NCBI GenBank assembly: GCA_028023455.1
Contig: JAQFVV010000010.1
Location: 9,362,001-9,426,000 of the forward strand
DNA length: 64,000 bases
Reading direction: 5' to 3'
From: Epiperipatus broadwayi
Lineage: Eukaryota; Animalia; Onychophora
Shown: positions 54,241 through 64,000 of the stretch, piece after piece
Numbering within the stretch: the first letter of the stretch is position 1
Layout of the letters: every line of letters starts with the position of its first letter
Position numbers and translations under genes: made by a program
The notes under the pieces: model-generated
The model's input: only the letters and a program-made list of their open reading frames with translations
Databases searched by the model: none
What the model was told of the DNA's origin: nothing

Positions 54241-54335
54241 TATATGTGGTCAAGTGTATCTGTGGTATAAGTTCGTGTGCAGAGTTGAGAGTCATGCAAA
54301 AGTCTGAGCTCAAATCCCTATATATTACATTGATT
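54241..54335 (+). mobile_element. Family C fragment (tRNA-like head only)
   Basis: GTGGTCAAGTGTATCTGTGGTATAAG...AAAGTCTGAGCTCAAATCCC. Confidence 0.6.
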
Positions 54336-54825
54336 GTACAGGTATATATATATATATATAGCCTGTATGTTAGATATTAAAATTATGAATTATCCTTAAT
54401 GGTGCATCTTTCTGGTTTATTTTTATTATTGTGGGTAAAAAAAAAATTTTTGAACATTATTAATTATAGTATCATTTTTCATCATAGAAATTAAAATTTT
54501 ATAGTCTATTTTTATAACATTAAAGCATCTTTTTTAATGTTATATAGTTTCTATTTCATTATCTATTTTATTTTTATAATCAGTTGGTATTAATATGACA
54601 TATCTATTAGTTGAGTCTTAACTAAATTTTAATTTTTATTACAATTTTTTATATAATTTTTTTGTATCATTTTAAATTTCTCTTTTAATATTATGTTTAT
54701 TTTATTAACTTTAATATTATATATTGATGCATTGTTATTTATTTAATTAGCATTATACATTAATGTTTGTAATTGTCAATATCTTTATCCACAAATGAAA
54801 CTTAAATCTTTTGCAGAGCAAATTT

Positions 54826-55220
54826 TGTTATTCTTTATTAAATATCAAATTTGATTTCATAAATCCTTTTATTTACTAAGGCAATTGTGGACTTAATCAA
54901 TGAAGTATTGAATAGCTTCATGCTCTCAGTTCTAACCGCTTCAGCTTCACCTATTTATATAGAAAGTAGGTTAGGTAAAGAAGGGTTCCCCTCTTTTCTT
55001 CCAAAGAGTAAGCTTGTGGTTAAGACCTGTAGAGGTCTCTATCTTCGTATTTTCAAGCGCACATGCTTAAAGGTTTATTGCCTTAGTAAATATTACTTAC
55101 GTAATCAATGTGCATTAAATAAATTTATAATCCTTTTATTGTTTTGTTGTTGTATAACTACTGCATGCTATTTAAATGATGTTAAGCATTTGTTTGAGTG
55201 AAATTCTCTTATTATAAACA
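54826..55220 (-). mobile_element. Possible ~395-bp solo LTR
   Basis: TGTT...AACA ends, locally raised GC/CpG, minus-strand TATATAAATAG followed by AATAAA. No TSD found. Confidence 0.3.
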
Positions 55221-55889
55221 GATATATCATTGTTTTGATTTTTGTTTATATATTTATTTTTATTTTATAAATATATTCATAATTTTCATGATCTTTTTTC
55301 ATTTTTATTATTCAATTTTTTTATTCCCATTTTTTCTGTGTTTTTCATAAGTTAATAAATTCAATGAATCAATCTTTTTAAGAAATTTTTTTAATTATTT
55401 TTATCTTTATTGCTGAATATATATATAAACCAATTTAAATTCATCAGCTGCAATTTATTACACAACTTTTCATTATAAATTATCTTCTTATTTTTGATTT
55501 TTAAATAACATCAAATTGCCAAAAATATTATTTGTTTTGCATTTATATAAGAATATTAATTGTAATTTTAATTTTTTAGTTTTAATGCTTTTTTAAAAAA
55601 AATAATAAACTAATCTTCTTAAAATCATTATCATGTAAACATCTTTAAATAATTTCCATGCACCATTAATATATACTATATCCATTGGAAATTGATAAAA
55701 TATATGCACACATATTCAAGAAAAAAACCAATGTCACAAATGAAATAAGTTCTTCATTTTTCTTTTATCTTCCTGTTATTATTATTGAGGCCAGGTTTAA
55801 TGGAAAATTTATTCTAAACTGTTGCAAAATATCAAATTATAAAATTGAAATTATTTGAATACAAATATAATGTAAATACTGAACTTTTA

Positions 55890-56015
55890 GATGTAATTAG
55901 AGGGAATCTAAACACAGATTTTCAAGCTTTCTTCAACTATCTACCCCATATTGTATCACTGATACACATGACCAGATATATGTAAAAATAATAAATGATC
56001 TCCAGTATATATATG
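55890..56015 (-). mobile_element. Family C fragment
   Basis: TGTAATTAGAGGGAATCTAAACACAGATTTTCAAGC...CTGATACACATGACC...AATGATCTCCA matches family C. Confidence 0.65.
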
Positions 56016-56451
56016 CAAATAGTGATATTAAATATAAAAAAATAATTAATTATATATTACCAAATAAGATATAAGTAATACATATATCTATATTCTATAT
56101 TATATAAATGTGAATGTTTGTTTATTTTGACTCTATAATGTGACAAATATTGCATCATTCTTAACTAATCTGACATGATTTTCTTTCTTTTTTTGTACAG
56201 AATTTTACTAGCATATACATTTTTGCTTTGTTTTAAAAAAAATTGTAATTTGCAATATAAAATCAAAAGAGGGCAGCACCGATAAAAATATTACAGAATT
56301 GAAATTTTTTTAAAATGAAAAGTATAGTTTTGATAAAGCAAGGTAAAATTTGATTTTATAAATATAATTTAAATTAATTAAATTGCATTTGTAACTATGT
56401 ATTTATTTCTCATTTGAATAATGGTATTTAGATCAATTATAATAATGAATT

Positions 56452-56770
56452 TGATAAACTTTTAGGATTTCATTTTAAATATATATTTCATTTAATATAT
56501 GTTAATGTAAAATTTAAAGAGAAATTTTACTGAATTTCATAAACCTTTAATATGAAATTGATAAACTTTTAGGATGTCAGTTTAAATATATTTTAAAAAG
56601 TAAAATTTTAAATATCATGGATACTGCATGAGAAAAAATATATTTGATAAACTTTTACCATTTCCCTTTAAATATATTCTCATGAGACACAGTAAGATGT
56701 TGTGGTCTACATATTTATTGAAATACATAATTAAAAAATGAAGAGATATTAATTTTTGATAACTGAGATA
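56452..56770. repeat. Decayed ~100-bp minisatellite
   Basis: TTGATAAACT recurs at ~56452, 56559, 56644 and 56756. Confidence 0.55.
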
Positions 56771-57460
56771 AAATTTTATTGAGTAAATATATTTTAAATT
56801 ATTTAAACTTCATTTTGCCCACATATTTAATTTCTCACTTGCATATATTAAGATGACATTAAAATTTTATAACTAGTTTAAAAATTATCATATGAGAAGT
56901 ATAAAATAATTTATTTTAAAATTATTGTTTATTGTATTTAATAAAAGTTAAATTTTTACAATACCGCTGTTGATAATTATTTCATATGAATACTATGTAA
57001 ATATATTTCAATTATCAAACTTTACTAACACAAAGAGACAGCTAAGCAAATGGAGAGAACATTTTATTTGGTATTCAATATATCAAAAATCAAAAATGGA
57101 ATTCATAAATATATTTCAATTATCAATTGCATTATATTCTTTTATTTTTATTATTATTCTATTAACACATGAAAAGTCATAGGCCACCTTTGTTCATATT
57201 AGTAAACTAAAACAATGCAAAGAAATTGAGAATTAAAATATATTTAAAGAATATTTACATAAAATATTAATACATGAATTATCAACAGCAATTAAAAATG
57301 ATTTGCAACATTGCTTATAAAAAGTTTTACCATAGTTATTTTTACCTGCTGTTGATATATATATATATATTGTATTATTATTTTATATAGATATTATTTA
57401 AATATACTTTAATTATTAATTAAATTACAGTTAGTAATATATATATAGTTCAACCAAAAA

Positions 57461-57735
57461 CTCCAATAAAAGAGCTATCATAGGTTAATGAGAAAATTTG
57501 TTTAGCCTTGAGAATTGTCAGTTAGTAGTAATAGATATAAATTCAACATATGGAATTCTCTGAAGAAGGTTAAATATTATTTGCAGAATGTCAAGAAAAA
57601 TGTTATTCTTTTAGATTATCACACCTATAAAAATAGCTTTCTGGTGTTAAATGAAACACTCCAACAAGAGAGCAATAATGGGTTAGTGAGAAAATTTGTT
57701 TAGTCTTAAGAATTGTCAATTAGTAGTAATTGATA
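57461..57735. repeat. ~75-bp direct repeat, period ~198 bp
   Basis: CTCCAA.AA.AGAGC...GAGAAAATTTGTTTAG.CTT.AGAATTGTCA.TTAGTAGTAAT twice. Confidence 0.8.
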
Positions 57736-57969
57736 GTTTCTTGGCAACATCAAAAGCTAAAAGTTATCTCTGTTTACATGGATATAATCTTCTCATTTCT
57801 ATTACTTATTATAATAACATTCCATGGAAATATTAAATTCAATATATATATATATTGTAATAGTCAGCTTACTATAGTTAAATTGATTCAGGTGCCATCT
57901 GATAATACTTTCAGGAAATATACAGGCACATACACTTTATGTTTATTAATAGAATTCATAAAAAAATCT

Positions 57970-59720
57970 TAATATGTGAAGATGATGATCACTATACAAT
58001 AACTATTTGAAATATCTGGCCAAACTGTGTAGAACATGAGCTACTCACAATGAAATGGACATGGAATTAATATATATACTAGACAATTTATATATAAAGA
58101 AGTTAAACACTCACTGTTTAAACAAAAAACAAAACAATTTATTTACAAAATATCATAATTGTTACAAAATATATAATTTTTATTTACTATAAACATTCTG
58201 CCATTCCATACTATATCATAAGAATTCATTAAATATTATTATCTGAAATTTTTCTTTATAATTTAACTACCCTTATGATTATAATTTAATCTATTAAATT
58301 TAAATGATTTATTTAATAGTCATTTCTCAATGATCTTTTAACTTTTAATTCATTCCCATGATGGAAAACAAATATAAAACAATAACATCTGTCATAAATG
58401 TCCATGATTTATCTTTGTTATTTTTAAAACATTAATCTTTTAATTACATATTATAGTACTAATATATTTATATGATCAAGTACACGTGCTAACTAGTAAA
58501 TTCCAGGCTTTTAATATACTATGGATATAATCCTATGCATGGCTGACCCTCGCAAATATAATCTTTGGTTTCATAGCCAAATCACACACATATATTTAAT
58601 ATAAAATTTGAATTCCAAGTTCACCTTTAATGCAAATCTTGGTACTTCTATAACATTATATCAATAATTCTAGGGATTGACCACTTTAGGCCTGAATCCC
58701 TTTTAATAATAATTCAGACTTAATTAACTGAGATGGTCTTTTTGAATCTGACCTCAAATTTAAAGAAATGAAACCAGGAATAATTTCATCATAAAGATAT
58801 AGTATACTTTAACCATTCAAACTACAGCATATAAAATCTAATTCATGATAATTAATGTAAAATTTAATTCATATAGAAATAAATTAAATTTAAAATAATC
58901 ATTAGTTTAATTTAAAACTACAATAATTATACTAGAATACATTATATTTTATGTTAAAATACTTATATATAATATACATTTGATGTATTTAAAATAATTT
59001 AAAATATACTTTATGTATATTAATAAAATTCGGAATTTTTTTTCCTTAATATGTGATGATGATGACCACTATATAACAACTATTTGAAATATCTGACCAA
59101 ACCACAACTTGCTTACTACTGACTATTTTCTCTAGATTGACAATTTCAATATGAAAATAAATCAGGTTACTCTTAACTAACCACTAAACATCACATGATC
59201 ACTATCTCATACTAGCATATAATTGTTATTAAACAATTCAAAACAAAGCAAAACTCTCCATATAGTAGTGCCATCTTGTGCTAACAAGAGCAATCAATGG
59301 ATTTTATGCACAAGCCTTCTGACATCCATTGATTGCTCTTGTTAGCACAAGATGGCACTACTATATGGAGAGTTTTGCTTTGTTTTGAATTGTTTAATTA
59401 CTCTTAACTAATTATAGTTTTCTTTTCTTTTTTCTTTAAAAAAAGTATAATCAATTTTATGACAAGTCACTTTTTGATTGTTGGTTAATTAATTATCAAT
59501 TAAATTAATCTAAAGGTTTTGCTTTTTGATTTTAATCCAAACAAAATTATGATTGCATTTAGAAGGAGATAAAATTTTAACTAATTACCTGTGCATAAAG
59601 ACAGGACAAAGCAAATTTTGTATTTTAGCTGCTTTAAATAGAACTAAAATATGCTAAGCAACAAACTTTGAAAAAATATTTGATTTCTCATTTAATTAAT
59701 CAATCAAATAATTTATTATA
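57970..59720 (-). repeat. Copy 1 of an old duplicated segment with residual coding signal (unknown family)
   Basis: Four colinear blocks match 62470-63550. Minus-strand peptides LNLRSDSK and ICEGQPCIGLYP. Confidence 0.55.
59186..59398. mobile_element. HHR family A 3'-part perfect palindrome (75/75-bp arms, 21-nt loop)
   Basis: Arms 59228-59302 / 59324-59398. Inserted into the 57970-59720 segment. Confidence 0.9.
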
Positions 59721-60949
59721 CCCATATAAATACTATATACTTAATAAAATATAAGATATAATTAAATTACTTTAAGAAGTCATTTTAAAATAAAACTTAA
59801 AATGGTTAATACTTTAGAATGTCAGCCTAACTAAGAACCAGTTTTTTAATTACACATGAATATCAAACCTTAACATAAAGTCTTATAATTAGGATTCTCT
59901 CTACAATTTGTTGTGAGGATTTTTATGCAGTCTAATATTTCTCCCATAATGATACGCATTAATTGATTTATTTTATTATCCTGTTTTTTTCTTTTCTAAG
60001 TCCTTATAGTGTCTTTTACCAGTGTCCTAGACAGATGTCTATTCCTTTCCTAAGATATATAGTTCTGTCTAAAGCACATTTTTGCAATTATTTGATATTT
60101 AGGCCTTTTTCCCATGTAGAGTAGAAATTCTTTTAAAGTAGTTGGATCGTATTTATTAGTATGGATTCAAAGTAATGTTTGGCAGCTGGCAGTTTTTCCT
60201 CTTTTTTATTTGTCATTATAATGACTGTTTAATGAAGCTTGAATAAAACAAGAATTAAGATCAATAATTTTCAAAAAAAAACCCTGGTTACATACTATTA
60301 ACCTCTTGTTTACCAACACCTAAATGATCTCTTTATTCTACTTCACCCTGATGACATCTGTTTATTTTAATTATATAAATTTTCAAAATATAATAAATAT
60401 TTAATTGAATGAATTTTCACCTTATTTTCAAATTTCTTATCTCCTAACTCAATGTAGACAATTTTTAATTATACATTTGAAATCTATTTCTTTTAATGCT
60501 AGTAATGGTGTTGTTTTTGTAATAAACAACTCTTTTAAAATGAATTAAAGATAAGAGAAACTAGCTAGACTGTTAGTTTCTCTTAAGTTTAAACACAATA
60601 AAATCTATTACATTATTTATACCTATTTTAAAATGACTTAATCTGTTCTAAAATTTCTACATTACCTATTATTATTTCTTTTAATACTTTAAGATATTTC
60701 TATTATTTCATTTAAGTATTTTTAAGATTTTTGTAATACTATTTTTATTAGCTATGCCATAACAATTGTAAACTAGCTCACAGCCATATGGCAGATCATC
60801 TGGTTGATCATGAAATGAATAGGACATTCTTAATTTCATATTCTCAAACTTCAAAAAAAATATATGAATGTAATTGTACTTAATTTATCTTGCTATCAGA
60901 AATTTTATAAGCCTTTTATCCAGCTTATTTGTCACTGATATAATGTTTC

Positions 60950-62100
60950 TTTATGTTGATATGAGGTTCATCTTTATCTGACATTTTTCTCTTCTGAGGT
61001 AATTGTGGAGATTTATGTATCATGTGAGAGTTTTGTCTCTATTTCTCTGAAGCTAAATAAAATTGATATCCAGAAATAAACTTCTCAACAGTTCTCCCTA
61101 TATCCTGCTCATCAATACACATAACAGATATATAAATAAAATTTTTCTTTTGCACAAATTTGAAGTTTAATTTAGATTGTTGGATTTCTTTATCTAATGC
61201 ATTGATCAGCTTTAATTGCAAATCCTTATTGGAGTTTTGTGTTAATTCTAAATTTATTGATTCTTTTACCATCTTTTCAACCCATTCTTTTGATCTATTT
61301 GATATTTGTTTTAATTCATCAGGTTTATTCTTGATCAATTGATTTTTCATTTTTATTCGTTCTTTCTCTTTTCATTTAATTCTTTTGATCCACATGATAC
61401 TTGTTTTAATTCATCAGGCTTATCCTTGATCATTTGATCTTTCATTGTTAGCTGTTCCTGCTTAATTTTAATTTCGTCCAATTGTTTTATTTTATTATCT
61501 TCCTCTTGTTTTAATTCATCAGGATTATATTCAACCATTTGATAATTTATTTTTACCCTGTTTATGCTCAATTTGTACATTCTCTTTAAATAGTTTTAGT
61601 TCATCATCTCTTCAAGATTATCTTCTACCATTTTCTCAATTATTTTTTATCTGCGTTTGCTCATTTTTTATCTCATTCTCCATATTCTTAAGGAATTTAC
61701 CATGTTTAGTTCTAATTGAACTTGTTCATCCTCACTCATTTAATCCATTATTTCTACTTTAAGCTGTACTTGCTTGTTTTCTAACTTTTTCTCTAAATGC
61801 TTTGGATCATCTATCTACCAATCTTTAGAATCATTTGTTTCATCTCTTTTTATCCTCCTAGTTTTTGATTTAATTTTGCCTTCTTTTTATGGAAATATTT
61901 TTCTATCCTTAATTCCATCTGTTTTTGTCTTATTTTCTATCTTTAATTCCATCTGTTTGAATAATGTATTGATCATTTGCATCATGATAAATTGTGATAA
62001 TATTGTAGCACTCTTTTCAGGGATTTTTACTCATCACTTATCTTTTTTCTTGATTTGAAAATTTTCCTTACTTTGCAATGATACATTATTTTAAAATAAT
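60950..62100 (-). pseudogene. Coiled-coil ORF relic, probably LINE ORF1p (coiled coil + RRM start)
   Basis: PDELKQ occurs three times in heptad-rich sequence, followed by KKNFIYISVMCIDEQDIGRTVEKFI, loosely like the R.NN.II.G..E...D....V..FI ORF1p RRM start. Confidence 0.45.
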
Positions 62101-62469
62101 TATTTGTATTTGTCACCAGCTATACAATAACATCCTCTGGATCCAACTGAAAACAAAAAAATACTTGAATGATATTTTTGTCTACAATTTGTGCCTTGTT
62201 TTAATTATTTAATTACTATATATAGAGAAAAAAATATCTGATTATCCATGCCATATATCTATCTCAGACAAATGGTTATTTATTATAATTACTTAACATA
62301 TATATCAATACTCCACATTAGTAGTGACAGAAATTTAACAAATAGGGGTGTTTACTTTGTTATGATTAGCTTCCTATAGTCAAATTGATTTAGACACCAC
62401 TTGGCAATATCTTCAAAAATATATAGGCACATATCTTTTATTTATGTAATTTAAATAGGATTTGGAAAT

Positions 62470-63550
62470 ATTTTTTCTTAATATGTGATCATGATAATCA
62501 CTAATCCGTCACTATTTGTCACATTTGGCCAAATCACACAGAGCATAAACTATCCCCAATTGCACGAATGTGGAATTAATATGCTTACATTATAAGATTT
62601 ATGACCATTGAAACAATTATATTTATTTGTAAAGTGTCCAAAGTTTATTTTGATTAATTTTAAACAGTAATCTTTCAGTTACATTTTATAATAGTAGCAT
62701 GGGTCAATGATCAAGCATGCTTGATGTAGAGTGAATCTCTGGCCATTAATATATTCTGGATATAATCCTATGTATGGCTAACCTTCACAAATACCATACA
62801 TTTATTTATATCAGTAGCTTCATAGCATAGTCACATATATATAGTATAGGATTATTTTCATCAGTACACATTCTTTACAAGAATAGTTATAGGGAATAGT
62901 TACTTTAGGTGTGACTCCCAATTTATTAATAACACAATGTAATTATAGAGATGTTTCTTTTGAATCTGATCTCAAATTTAATAACAGCTTAACCCAAATA
63001 TGTGAGGTAGTTCCTTTTAAAATCCAACCTTCAATTTACAAAACAAACTGTTTGAATAAATTCACCATCTAGATATAGCATATTTTAATCATTTAATAGT
63101 GATCTGACAATAGCAGTTATATTATAAGTTTTACAAATATAAAATTTAACAATAATTAAAAGGTGGGCTAATTTATGTACAAATGAACTTCATTAAATTT
63201 CAAAATAAATCTTTAACTTAAAACTTTAATAATTATACCACCATTTATTATTTAACACTTGGGCACTTCACTGCAAATATTTTACAAATGTATGTACTTT
63301 GTATGTTTAAAATGAAAATTACATCCTGATTACTTTATCTAATCTTATATATTGGCTAACAATTTCTATATGATAAACACTTTTTCATTCTTTTTTTAAA
63401 GGAGATAAACATATATATAATAAAGGATAAGATGAAGAAAATTTTGTATTTTAGCTGCTTTAAAATACAGCTCAAGTATTTATAGATGCCTGACAGCAAA
63501 TGCTGGCTTTGCTGCTTTCTTTAATCAATCAATTAAATAATATATTATAT
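62470..63550 (-). repeat. Copy 2 of the old duplicated segment
   Basis: Colinear with 57970-59720. Minus-strand peptides LLNLRSDSKE and ICEG*PYIGLYPEYI. Confidence 0.55.
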
Positions 63551-64000
63551 AAACACTTTATATTGCATTGAGATATAAAGTTGTTAATCAATTAGATTGA
63601 GGGCCTTTTAATATCTTCTCTGATGTAATATTTTTATCAATGACTGATCTACTATTAATATAAGTTCTTCAAGAACATATGGAGGGTTCATTATTCAGCT
63701 GATTAATCAATTATATTATTTGCAAATTTATTAAAAATAATTAGAATATAGCTTGTAAAGAATTCCAATAATCTACACCTTTAAAGATTATTACTTTATA
63801 AATATCATATATTCTCAGCACTACTATTCTTTTGTTTATGATTGGTTAAAATTAATAAAATACAAAATAATGAGCAGTGCTAATAGCTCTAACAAGCTGT
63901 ATGACTTTATTTTATTTACTATTCATAGTTTTGCTTTTAAGTCTTAAGCGATATTATATTGCTAAGGCTATTAATATATGGTTTGGCTAAAGATTTCTCA

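Noticed and set aside
61310-61525. Three minus-strand CTGATGA hits
   Set aside because: They are Pro-Asp-Glu codons of the PDELKQ repeat, with no stem II/GAAA/stem III arrangement.
5802-62058. Most 60-120 aa ORFs in the supplied track
   Set aside because: Low-complexity F/I/L/Y/K-rich translations of AT-rich DNA, or antisense frames of TE relics and family C repeats.
1-64000. CRISPR arrays, rRNA or prokaryotic operons
   Set aside because: No repeat-spacer array, rRNA-like sequence or gene-dense organisation; the DNA is eukaryotic and repeat-rich.

Overview
Very AT-rich, CpG-depleted eukaryotic DNA, probably from an invertebrate animal. No host protein-coding gene can be called with confidence. 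The window is mostly nested mobile elements: a decayed Penelope-like element (PLE; RT plus GIY-YIG) with an inverted upstream copy, two ~2.2-kb TG...CA solo-LTR-like insertions with exact 4-bp TSDs, a pol-less Mag-type Ty3/Gypsy element whose Gag runs into a coiled-coil extension, several LINE relics, a hAT deletion derivative and four tRNA-Gly(TCC)-derived SINEs. The main signal is about 20 intact-to-decayed type I hammerhead ribozyme (HHR) cores in four unrelated short repeat families (called A-D here). They mostly sit in 5'-to-5' inverted pairs, the same geometry as the PLE itself. Family C is a ~470-bp tandem monomer joining a tRNA-like Pol III cassette, an HHR and an oligo-T stop, like a retrozyme or Sm-alpha unit. 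All pairings and coordinates were read by eye, and boundaries of decayed elements are approximate.
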